Virus record (IMG/VR): IMGVR_UViG_3300044729_003978
DNA length: 61,408 bases
From: an uncultured virus (IMG/VR IMGVR_UViG_3300044729_003978)
Taxonomy: Duplodnaviria; Heunggongvirae; Uroviricota; Caudoviricetes
Reading direction: 5' to 3' (one strand)
Numbering within the stretch: the stretch's first letter is position 1; every line of letters starts with the position of its first letter. A model generated the notes under the pieces. The model was not told the DNA's origin, did no database searches, and saw only the letters and a program-made list of their open reading frames with translations. Of the stretch, positions 35,412-43,469 are shown piece after piece. The translations under genes and the position numbers were made by a program.

Positions 35412-35482
35412 TGCGCCGTCAAGGTGCTGCCCCTTGTTGAACCGATTATAAGTCGGTCTGCGAAACTCTCCGCCCACAGCGC
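35412..35482 (-). tRNA. tRNA-Ile(TAT) with non-canonical T-loop
   Basis: GCGCTGT/ACGGCGC acceptor, ACCGA-CTTATAA-TCGGT anticodon arm, T-arm CAAGG-GGCAGCA-CCTTG. Confidence 0.75.
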
Positions 35483-35491
35483 TTACATCTT

Positions 35492-35497
35492 ATTATA
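35492..35497 (-). promoter_or_regulatory. candidate -10 box (TATAAT) for the tRNA cluster
   Basis: perfect TATAAT 9 nt upstream of the first tRNA; -35 poor. Confidence 0.4.
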
Positions 35498-35777
35498 CGT
35501 CTTCTGTAACTTTCTTCTCCAAGAAAATTTTGGTTTTTTTCGTGGAGCCGTGTCCCGATTCTGTCATAACAAGATAATTTCTATTCTGCCTGTCCTCATC
35601 ATGACCAAGTCTATAATTGATCTGATCAATACCAGAAGAAAGTATGAAGGCCTTGTTATCTTCTGAAACAACAGTTCCTTCAATAATCTTTCGTGCGATA
35701 AGAACAGCCTCCTCTGTCGAGGAGGCGTTGATTGGATAGTCGATGAATAGTCTGTACATTTCAGCGGTTCTTGTCAA
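35493..35777 (-). CDS. hypothetical protein
   Basis: tiles in the operon. Confidence 0.5.
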   Translation of the reverse strand: MTRTAEMYRLFIDYPINASSTEEAVLIARKIIEGTVVSEDNKAFILSSGIDQINYRLGHDEDRQNRNYLVMTESGHGSTKKTKIFLEKKVTEDV

Positions 35778-35946
35778 TTGAGACGCTGAGGTAGCGCCCC
35801 TTGCGGTTCTTTCGTTCTCTAACTCTATAGTTTTGATTTGTGCCGTTTGTAATAGCTCTAACTATCATTCTAACTTGATCAATCTGATTGCTGCTTGTCA
35901 CTGGAATGTGTATCGTGTTTTTCATTTGTTGCTTCCTTCGAATCAT
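35761..35946 (-). CDS. hypothetical protein
   Basis: likely start at MKNTIH. Confidence 0.4.
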   Translation of the reverse strand: MIRRKQQMKNTIHIPVTSSNQIDQVRMIVRAITNGTNQNYRVRERKNRKGRYLSVSIDKNR

Positions 35947-36475
35947 TGTAGGTTGTAGAGCCTGAGATTTTTTCGATTTCTGGAGCCATTATGTCGGCAA
36001 GCTCATCAAGCTCGTTTTCGTCAACAGAGACAGACTCGACTATTTCTATAGTCTGATTAACTGGAGTAAGCGGGTCATCCTTTCTAGATGCTCCTATTGA
36101 TTCAGCAAGTGTCGAGAGGGTGAATTCCTTTAGTTGTTTCATTCTACCACCGACCTCTTTGAAGCTTCCAGTGCCGCGCTCATCTTTATGTAGATTCTTG
36201 GGGCAGTTTGATTTTGGCATCCATAGTCTAACACTGTGGTCTTCCTCAACAGGAACGCCTTCTATGTAAAGTGCGGCCATGGGCCTAGCCCCGCACCCGC
36301 ATCCTCCGCAGAAGTGTTTCTTTGTGCTTTGATTTATGTTGTTTTGATCACATGATTCACAAAGCTTTCTTCTTTCGTTGTAAACATCTCTAGATACGCA
36401 ACCATCTTTCATTAAACCTGAGAATGATTGCAGCAGTTCTGTGGCTTTGTTTATTGTAAATTTATTTTCTTCCAT
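35879..36475 (-). CDS. Cys-cluster (CxxC..CxxCxC..CP) protein
   Basis: RRKLCESC...CGGCGC...NCPK. Confidence 0.6.
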   Translation of the reverse strand: MEENKFTINKATELLQSFSGLMKDGCVSRDVYNERRKLCESCDQNNINQSTKKHFCGGCGCGARPMAALYIEGVPVEEDHSVRLWMPKSNCPKNLHKDERGTGSFKEVGGRMKQLKEFTLSTLAESIGASRKDDPLTPVNQTIEIVESVSVDENELDELADIMAPEIEKISGSTTYNDSKEATNEKHDTHSSDKQQSD

Positions 36476-36479
36476 AATG

Positions 36480-37529
36480 TTAACATGTTGTGCAAGGCTG
36501 AGCCAATGTCCATAAGAATGGCAAGTTTATATCTAAAAAATTTAGACCAGTGAACATACCATTTGGATTGCAAGCAGCATTAATTGTTGCATCAACTTGA
36601 TTAGTTCCTGGGCATCCACCATCATCTGGATCTAATTGAGAAAACATAGCTATAGATACTGGTGACGTGAGAACACAGTTAACATCAGAAATAACTATGT
36701 GATATCCACCAGAAAGCTGTGAATACGCAGCTGGATAATATGTTCCTAGTAATCCGCCACCGCAAGAATTTGGTGAAAAATATGAAATTCCACCAGTTAA
36801 AAGCTGAAATTCATTGCTGCTGCCAGGATAGAAAAATGCTAAGTACGTACCACTTCCTTCTGGATCTGTCCAGATACCATTGTTTGGGTAGTAAGAAAAA
36901 GGCGTGTTTGGAAGAACTTGTCTAAGAGCTGTTCCTTTTGCGCATTTTGGAGATGTGCAAAAACATTCTCCGAAACAATTAGTACAAGCTGGAGGATTGA
37001 TAAACTGTACGCAAGTTGAAGCATTGTTATTGTTATTTGCAGCTACTAATATTGAATTACACTCGGTAACAGCGGCAGCCCTAAATGCTGGCGTGGCGTT
37101 GACTCCTGGACCGTCGCCAAGTAGCACTAACTTGCCTCCTTTTGCTACGAATTTACTTAAAGCTTCTGATAGAGAAGGTGATGACCACCATGGTGAGGAG
37201 TATCTAACAAGACCGTTACCAGTAGATCCTGTTGATGTTGTGCCCGTACCTGGCGTAAATACAAGTTTAGGTGAGGCAGCGTTTGATGTTGAGATAGCTC
37301 CAGTTAAAACTCCGAAAAAAGCAACATCGCAAGCCATAAGAGTTGCTTCTGAATCTATTCTAACTACCTTCCCCTTTTTTCTATCATCATATATATATTG
37401 ATATATACGCTCAAGAGTATGAACGCCTAAAGCAGGACTAACATTTTGTCTAAAAATTGTATCGTTTGGGCAAAATATTCCAACATTGCCTTTTCCACAA
37501 CAACAACCGGCTGCTCTTATAGCGGTCAC
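36480..37529 (-). CDS. Cys/Gly-rich putative virion protein with GCCCG N-terminus
   Basis: MTAIRAAGCCCG; FVAKGGKLVLLGD. Confidence 0.6.
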   Translation of the reverse strand: MTAIRAAGCCCGKGNVGIFCPNDTIFRQNVSPALGVHTLERIYQYIYDDRKKGKVVRIDSEATLMACDVAFFGVLTGAISTSNAASPKLVFTPGTGTTSTGSTGNGLVRYSSPWWSSPSLSEALSKFVAKGGKLVLLGDGPGVNATPAFRAAAVTECNSILVAANNNNNASTCVQFINPPACTNCFGECFCTSPKCAKGTALRQVLPNTPFSYYPNNGIWTDPEGSGTYLAFFYPGSSNEFQLLTGGISYFSPNSCGGGLLGTYYPAAYSQLSGGYHIVISDVNCVLTSPVSIAMFSQLDPDDGGCPGTNQVDATINAACNPNGMFTGLNFLDINLPFLWTLAQPCTTC

Positions 37530-37530
37530 T

Positions 37531-37941
37531 TTATATTTTAGCCATAATAATCTTTCCGTTAATCATTTTGGCGTATTCACTTGAAAATATCTTTGAATTT
37601 TCTGGTTCTTCTGATATTTGAGGACAAAAGAAAAACATAGAAACTTTTGGTCTGTAGGTAACAATTTTAAGGTCTTTTTCAAGATCTAATCTGTCTTTAC
37701 AAACAGTGCCGTAAACAAATGCGTGTACATTCTTTACGCCTGTTTCAAAGACGTTCTTCCAGCCGCCAGTTCTCACATGAAAAACAACATCACTTAAAAC
37801 AATGTTGTTTGCGTGATAGATGACAGTTCTTGTTTTTGGATTGATTACGCTAAAGTGGTCGTTGTGAAGATTCCTGTAAACGCCAACTCTTACATTCCCA
37901 CAAACTTCGCTTGTAAGACTTTCAAAGAATTGTTTACTCAT
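37531..37941 (-). CDS. conserved phage hypothetical protein
   Basis: VYRNLH..FSV...KNVHAFVYG pattern. Confidence 0.65.
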   Translation of the reverse strand: MSKQFFESLTSEVCGNVRVGVYRNLHNDHFSVINPKTRTVIYHANNIVLSDVVFHVRTGGWKNVFETGVKNVHAFVYGTVCKDRLDLEKDLKIVTYRPKVSMFFFCPQISEEPENSKIFSSEYAKMINGKIIMAKI

Positions 37942-38168
37942 GACAGATTCTCGTCCATGTCTAGGTTTCTCTCAAGCTTGAAGATAATCTCTGCGCAGTG
38001 AGAGATTTCAACATGAGTATCAATGCCGAACTTATCAGCTATGTAAGAAAGGCTTGCGTCTACTGTTTTATGTACAGCATCTGGTTTTTCCTTGACTGGA
38101 TCATCGACAAAAACACCGTATTTAGAAGCCCCGATGTAGTCTACATAAATAACAATCTCTTCAATCAT
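37938..38168 (-). CDS. hypothetical protein
   Basis: coupled to neighbouring genes; GGAGG SD. Confidence 0.5.
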   Translation of the reverse strand: MIEEIVIYVDYIGASKYGVFVDDPVKEKPDAVHKTVDASLSYIADKFGIDTHVEISHCAEIIFKLERNLDMDENLS

Positions 38169-38637
38169 AGTGCCTCCACCCGCTATCTGTTGTGTATATA
38201 ACTTGTTTTATCTCTGGGTTGGCTAGAATTAGTTTCTGACAAGACGGACAAGGTCTTGAATTCCTTAAAATAGGAACTCCAGTCCTCATTGATGCAGCAC
38301 TTAATCTTATATTTACAAGCGTGGCGTTGTCAAAATCAGACATCTTTTTTGCCCTGAGTATTGCTGAAAGCTCAGAGTGTATTGTTCCAAATCTGCAATT
38401 GAGCTTGCTTGCCAAAGGATGGGTTTGCATGCTTTTATTTACACCGAACCCAAGAATCTTATTTTTCCTTACCACAAAGGATACGTGCTTTGAGTCAGAG
38501 TCAATCTCTGGTATCAAAGCCATAGACATATTTAGTAGCCTGTCTAGAAAGTCTTGTCTCATGCTTTGTCTAGTACGAAGTAATAGATGTTCCAAACAAA
38601 CTTTGGCTGCATAAACTTTGGGGTATTGGATATCCAA
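38161..38637 (-). CDS. cytidine/dCMP deaminase-fold zinc protein
   Basis: IHSELSA...SRPCPSC...IKQVIYT. Confidence 0.8.
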   Translation of the reverse strand: MDIQYPKVYAAKVCLEHLLLRTRQSMRQDFLDRLLNMSMALIPEIDSDSKHVSFVVRKNKILGFGVNKSMQTHPLASKLNCRFGTIHSELSAILRAKKMSDFDNATLVNIRLSAASMRTGVPILRNSRPCPSCQKLILANPEIKQVIYTTDSGWRHYD

Positions 38638-38652
38638 AAGTCTATGACAGTC

Positions 38653-39213
38653 TCAATCGCCTGAATGTACTTTGGCATTTTCTGCACTAGAGATCCTTTC
38701 TCTTATCTTTGCCGTTGCCCTGTAAAGCTTAGATCTTACAGTTCCTTCAGGTAAGCCAGTAGCCTCAGAAACATGCCTGTATTTCATACCTTCAACATAT
38801 TTGAACCTGAGAAGTTCAATATCTGAATCGTCTAGAAACTCCAAGCCCTTAATCCTTACTAGTATGTTGATGTCGATTTTCGCTTCAGTCTTCTGGTCGT
38901 CTGGACTTGTAGCTAGTTCTGGCCTGCACTTCTTGCGCCTGAATAGATCCATTGCTACAGATTTTGCGATCATTGAAACCCAAGTTGCCAGCTTGGATTT
39001 ATCGCTATTGTATTTATCCTTCATCCTAAAGCATTTCATCAGGCTTTCCTGAACTACATCCTCTCTCTCCGACTTCAGACATCTCCTAGAAACTGCCATG
39101 ATTATCACAGTCTTATATTTATCACAAAACTGGTTGAACGCCTCAGGATCTCCGGATTTGAACTTAGAGATAAACTCCGCACTTTCGTCGCAGTTTTGGC
39201 GCAGTTTTTCCAT
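38653..39213 (-). CDS. ECF sigma factor (RpoE-like)
   Basis: GDPEAF, EDVVQE, LATWVSMIA..DLFR and GTVRSKLYRA motifs. Confidence 0.9.
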   Translation of the reverse strand: MEKLRQNCDESAEFISKFKSGDPEAFNQFCDKYKTVIIMAVSRRCLKSEREDVVQESLMKCFRMKDKYNSDKSKLATWVSMIAKSVAMDLFRRKKCRPELATSPDDQKTEAKIDINILVRIKGLEFLDDSDIELLRFKYVEGMKYRHVSEATGLPEGTVRSKLYRATAKIRERISSAENAKVHSGD

Positions 39214-39231
39214 TTTTGTTTATCCTAGAAA

Positions 39232-40146
39232 CTAGTTTCTTACCACAAACTTAAGGTCATCGCAGCCGCTTACAATCAGGTCATTGCTTTTTCCAGTGCT
39301 CTTGTACTTGAGTCCGACAATACACCCCTTCTTATCTAGGAATCTGTAGTCGTCTAGATCTCCATTTACTACAACGAATCCTTTATATGTTTCTGGAATA
39401 TAGCTGCTGAAAACTACAGCAACTCTTGCTGTTTTGTTATTCAGAACACACTCACAGTCTGACCAGTTTGTGCCGCTGTAACTCAGAGTAAAATCGTACC
39501 AAGGCTTAGGCTTTGATGCTCTAGCGAAAGACTTTGTGTAATCATAAAGATTGAACTTGACTAGTTCTTTGATCTTTGGCAACTCTTCATCGGTATGGCC
39601 GTTTTCGCAGAAGTGTTCGATAAAAGGCGCCGCAGACTCCCAAACGATATCTGATGTTCCATTTAATCTCAATGCCAAACTGTAATTATTTTTCGTTGCG
39701 TGTCGCATCGCATAGTACATTTCCCAAAGAAGATTTTCCATGAAAATGTATGGAAGTTCAACCATCATCGCTGTCTTAGCAATTCTAGCTTTTTGTACAG
39801 ACATCATGGCGCCCCTTCCAGAAGTATTCAGGCAAAGCTTTACGCATTCTTCGCTAGACCAAGGGCATGTATTGTATCCGCTTGATCCAGCAGGAGCAAG
39901 GAAAAGACTGTAAAGCTTGTAGCCTTCGGTTCTTTGGGTCGATTTTGAAAGCTTCGTGTTTGTGTTTGGCTTTGATAGAATACTTTTTGTTAGCTTGGCA
40001 GGACTATTGTCATTAAGCGACTTCTTGAAGTTATTGAACGCTTTAAGAAACTCCTCAGCAATCTTCTTATACGGCATAGCCAGAGAGTATTCTTTTGTTT
40101 TTGGAGTAGAATTTGCTTGAGGAAGAGAAATGGTATTACCACCCAT
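39232..40146 (-). CDS. Gp88-like phage protein
   Basis: N.KL.K, LAPA, CPWSS.EC...CL..SGRG, RLNGTSDI, YDYTK and GD..D.RFLD motifs. Confidence 0.8.
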   Translation of the reverse strand: MGGNTISLPQANSTPKTKEYSLAMPYKKIAEEFLKAFNNFKKSLNDNSPAKLTKSILSKPNTNTKLSKSTQRTEGYKLYSLFLAPAGSSGYNTCPWSSEECVKLCLNTSGRGAMMSVQKARIAKTAMMVELPYIFMENLLWEMYYAMRHATKNNYSLALRLNGTSDIVWESAAPFIEHFCENGHTDEELPKIKELVKFNLYDYTKSFARASKPKPWYDFTLSYSGTNWSDCECVLNNKTARVAVVFSSYIPETYKGFVVVNGDLDDYRFLDKKGCIVGLKYKSTGKSNDLIVSGCDDLKFVVRN

Positions 40147-40333
40147 TGAAAGGCTCCTTTTTCTGAAGTTTAAAAAGCAAATTTTCGCCTAAAATCTTCT
40201 TATAATCTGATTCAGCCCTATCACGATCTTTTTCATTAATTACAAATGAGTATATTTCAACTTCTCCAGTTTTTACATTTATACCAATCGCCCAACAAGG
40301 ATATTTAATATCTTTGTGTTTTTGTGTATTCAT
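40136..40333 (-). CDS. hypothetical protein
   Basis: likely start MNTQKH. Confidence 0.45.
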   Translation of the reverse strand: MNTQKHKDIKYPCWAIGINVKTGEVEIYSFVINEKDRDRAESDYKKILGENLLFKLQKKEPFNGW

Positions 40334-40346
40334 AATTACAACGACT

Positions 40347-40604
40347 ATGTCTATTAAAAAATCACTAGAAAAGTTAAGGTCAGCAATAGCTAGAAAATCT
40401 TCAGAACCTATTGGTGGAGATATGTGTAACTGCTGCACAGTTATGGTTAATGGTAGCGCATTTTGCGACTGTCAAACAATGCAAACAGGCGTTGGCACAA
40501 TTTTTTCAATGAGATACGATGGACCATGTACTGGATCTGGCGGAGGTCCAGCTGGATCTACTAGAAAATGCCCTTGCTACGCGAATCAGCCAACAATTGG
40601 CTAA
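40347..40604 (+). CDS. small Cys-rich protein (8 Cys) with basic leader; lone plus-strand gene
   Basis: MSIKKSLEKLRSAIARK...CNCC..CDC..C..CPC; fills the gap exactly; GTGTAT upstream. Confidence 0.6.
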   Translation: MSIKKSLEKLRSAIARKSSEPIGGDMCNCCTVMVNGSAFCDCQTMQTGVGTIFSMRYDGPCTGSGGGPAGSTRKCPCYANQPTIG

Positions 40605-40997
40605 TTATTCGTAGTTAACGACTCCGCTTAGTCTACGGAAGTTACCTTCCCTGAATTCGTTTTTCCATAGAGCGCCGTCTTCACCGGTCCAAAAGATTTC
40701 GCCCCGCGTAACAAACGGGGCGATTCTTTTTAGAAACACTTCTTCGTCCATAATCTTATTATCAAAGTCGATGATGTATCTTCCTTCTTCATCGCCTTGC
40801 TTCTCAATAGAGAATCCCCATTCCCTAAAGATTGCGGAAATATTCTTTGATTTACACGCCTCTGAAAGCTTGTAACTATCAACCCATGCGAAACCTCTTT
40901 GGTTTTCGTTGATGAGGATTTTTACAGACAAGGCAAGCTTTGCAATCTTTGCGTTTTGAATGACGATAAATCCAGTACCTCTAGCGAAGTATCCCAT
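40605..40997 (-). CDS. hypothetical protein (paralog of 47790..48311)
   Basis: MGY..AWV..EWG..KI.DEE.F...IAP.V..GEDG. Confidence 0.7.
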   Translation of the reverse strand: MGYFARGTGFIVIQNAKIAKLALSVKILINENQRGFAWVDSYKLSEACKSKNISAIFREWGFSIEKQGDEEGRYIIDFDNKIMDEEVFLKRIAPFVTRGEIFWTGEDGALWKNEFREGNFRRLSGVVNYE

Positions 40998-40998
40998 A

Positions 40999-41592
40999 TT
41001 AGCCCCACTGGTTAGCCATTGCTTGTGCGATTCCAGGAAAAGTACGGCTTCTTAGCTTAGATCTTTCTGCTTTTGGTAGCCTAAATGCGTCTGCATACCA
41101 TTTAGGCATTGTCCTTCCGCTTTCGTATGTGATAATTTCTCCCTTGCCAACGATCTTTGTAGGCTCAAGCTTTGGTAGGTTCTTTAGCCAAAGACATGTC
41201 TTTTTGCTAAACTCGTCACCAAACATCCAAGGCTGTATGATCTGATCTGGCTTTCTCCACTCTTTCGACATGATCGAAACAGGATTCTCAACACAGATCT
41301 TATTTACATTTGCTTTTGCTAGTCTCATAAAGAATTCGATTGAGGCCTTCTGAGATCCGTTTTCTCGCTTTTCCTTAAACCATCTAGCGCCAGCAACAGA
41401 TAAATCTGTGCAAGGAGGATGGGCGATCATTAGATCCCATCCTTTGTCTAACACAGTGAACACATCGCAATTAAGATGCTTTTCTGGATCACCTTCACAA
41501 GGAAGAATATCACAACTCCAAGCATCATGGCCTTTTGCTATGAAGGAATCTCTCACAGCTCCAGAACACTCGCATGCGATCAACACTTTCAT
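40999..41592 (-). CDS. short C5-cytosine DNA methyltransferase-like protein
   Basis: VLIACECSG, HPPCT, VENP, KKTCLWLKNLP and RSRTFPGIA..MA.QW motifs. Confidence 0.8.
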   Translation of the reverse strand: MKVLIACECSGAVRDSFIAKGHDAWSCDILPCEGDPEKHLNCDVFTVLDKGWDLMIAHPPCTDLSVAGARWFKEKRENGSQKASIEFFMRLAKANVNKICVENPVSIMSKEWRKPDQIIQPWMFGDEFSKKTCLWLKNLPKLEPTKIVGKGEIITYESGRTMPKWYADAFRLPKAERSKLRSRTFPGIAQAMANQWG

Positions 41593-41903
41593 TATATGCA
41601 TTCTATGTACCTTTCTACCATATTTTCTTCGAAGTATCTCCAGTCAATCTTATCATCCACCCAGTCTTTTACATACTGAGTAACAATTTCCTGAGGCATT
41701 TCTTCCGAACCTTCATAGACCCAGATTTCATAGACATCTACCTCTACATTTCGTGGATTATATTCACGACCGTAAAAATCATCATCGTCCACATCAATGT
41801 CAAAATAGATATTGAAAGCACATATGACGGAATACTGCTTTCCGTCTATCGTGATTTCTTCTTTGATTTCGTGGTAGTCAATATCAATTTCGTAGTCTTG
41901 CAT
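41592..41903 (-). CDS. acidic hypothetical protein
   Basis: very Asp/Glu-rich; likely start MQDYE. Confidence 0.55.
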   Translation of the reverse strand: MQDYEIDIDYHEIKEEITIDGKQYSVICAFNIYFDIDVDDDDFYGREYNPRNVEVDVYEIWVYEGSEEMPQEIVTQYVKDWVDDKIDWRYFEENMVERYIECI

Positions 41904-41904
41904 T

Positions 41905-42321
41905 TCAGACCTTGTAGTTATCGATGTAATTACGCATGAAATTGTAGACGAGATTAACACGATTTAGATCTTCTTCTTTGGTGTACCCGCTGCACTCAAC
42001 AATCCAGCTAGATGTGTTCATTGCGTATTCTTTGCAGCTATAGCCCCTGACAATGAACTTCCTTGTGAAAACCCATCGTTCACCAGTATCTCTTTTATCG
42101 ATATTGTAAATCACAAAGCTCTTTGCGTAATTTTCGCTACCACTGTTCAAAACGCATACTGTGATACCCTTTTCAAAGTCACACTTTCTAGTGCCACCCT
42201 TGACCCATTTGAAGTTCTTATTATTAATCTCTACTTTTCCATTGAAGCTTAGGATGTGAACTGGAAAATCAATAAGTTCTGCAGCGTTGTCGATTTGCGT
42301 AAACATTTTTCCTCCGATCAA
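41905..42321 (-). CDS. hypothetical protein
   Basis: GGAGG SD before MFTQID. Confidence 0.55.
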   Translation of the reverse strand: MIGGKMFTQIDNAAELIDFPVHILSFNGKVEINNKNFKWVKGGTRKCDFEKGITVCVLNSGSENYAKSFVIYNIDKRDTGERWVFTRKFIVRGYSCKEYAMNTSSWIVECSGYTKEEDLNRVNLVYNFMRNYIDNYKV

Positions 42322-42322
42322 A

Positions 42323-42369
42323 GGCGGGGCGTGGCAAAAGCTTTTTATCGCTCTTAACCACGCCCCGCC
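42323..42369 (-). terminator. GC-rich hairpin downstream of the DUF932 gene
   Basis: 12-bp perfect inverted repeat GGCGGGGCGTGG/CCACGCCCCGCC. Confidence 0.6.
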
Positions 42370-42375
42370 GATTTA

Positions 42376-43362
42376 TTAGAGTGTCAGAGCAAGTTCAAAC
42401 GCCTGTCGCTTCTTCTGGGCGCCAGTTGTAAACAGTACGCTCTCCATCTTATTGTTACGACGATCACTGTCATCAGAACCCTTGGTGCTTCGCTGGTGGT
42501 CAACGAATCGGGTAACGGCATTGAATGCAGCCCACGCGGTTCCATCAGTCTCCTTGAACTCGTTATCATCGAAGTTCAGACTTACCATGTTACGCATGTT
42601 GATCGTCCTAGTGTTGTTCTTTGCGTCCTTGTTGTCAGGAAACAGCGTTTCGATGTAGGTCTTGAACTGAGCCTTGGAAAGATTGATGGAAGCGAGGTAA
42701 TTGGCCTGATCACCGTAGTCTTCAATCTGCTTGGTGATGATGCTGAGTCGCTCCCTTGCGAGATCGACCTTTGACTTCATGTTGCGGGTGTGTCGAACCT
42801 TGATACCACTCTCAACAGAGAACTGCTGAATTGCGAGAGTGTAAGTGTTGTTGCACACAACCCTTGTGATTGTCGGCATCATCATGAGTGCCTGTGATCC
42901 GTCATGGGAAGTTCCGAGAAGAATATAGGTGTTGCTACGATCTTCAGTTCCCTTGATGTAGAGATCCTGTGGGAGCTTTGCAAGAATCCAAACCTTTCGA
43001 CCTCCGTGCAAGGCTCCTGCGGTTTCGTAGATTGCAAGCTTGTCGCCAACAATCTCATCGAAGAAAGAGAATGCTTCGCTGTTCTGAAAAATGTGGTAGT
43101 TCTTACCAACGATACCGAGCGGTGAATTTGTGTCTCCGCGAACAACAGCGAAAGAGTCGGGAACTTCAATCTTATGACCATCTGGGTCGATGGTAAAAAC
43201 CGGCGTCTTGTACAGGTTGTAGTCGAGTCCAGCAAGCTTGATCGCATCGGCGGATGTGACAGCGTCTTCATTGATTACGGTTCCAAGACCGTGCCAAGGA
43301 AGCATGCCGCGAGACGAGAACATGGAGGCCTTACCATTGACGATGTCGAGTTCGTGAGCCAT
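42376..43362 (-). CDS. DUF932 (phage/plasmid TIGR03299-like) protein
   Basis: MAHEL..PWHGLG, ETAGAL.GG, SHDGS, RVVC.NT and GTAWAAFNAVT motifs. Confidence 0.9.
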   Translation of the reverse strand: MAHELDIVNGKASMFSSRGMLPWHGLGTVINEDAVTSADAIKLAGLDYNLYKTPVFTIDPDGHKIEVPDSFAVVRGDTNSPLGIVGKNYHIFQNSEAFSFFDEIVGDKLAIYETAGALHGGRKVWILAKLPQDLYIKGTEDRSNTYILLGTSHDGSQALMMMPTITRVVCNNTYTLAIQQFSVESGIKVRHTRNMKSKVDLARERLSIITKQIEDYGDQANYLASINLSKAQFKTYIETLFPDNKDAKNNTRTINMRNMVSLNFDDNEFKETDGTAWAAFNAVTRFVDHQRSTKGSDDSDRRNNKMESVLFTTGAQKKRQAFELALTL

Positions 43363-43432
43363 TTGTTTTTACCTACTTTATACAGGCGTTTGTGAGGTAC
43401 GATCAATCTTATCGTCTGTGTTTTAAAATCTA

Positions 43433-43450
43433 GGGCGGTCGCATCGCCCC
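43433..43450 (-). terminator. terminator hairpin (identical copy at 54071..54088)
   Basis: GGGGCGATGCGACCGCCC followed by a T-run on the minus strand. Confidence 0.55.
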
Positions 43451-43469
43451 GTTTTGTTGTCAGTATTTA

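Noticed and set aside
35424..35666. Plus-strand ORF over the tRNA-Ile
   Set aside because: Antisense to a tRNA and a minus-strand CDS; no supporting signals.
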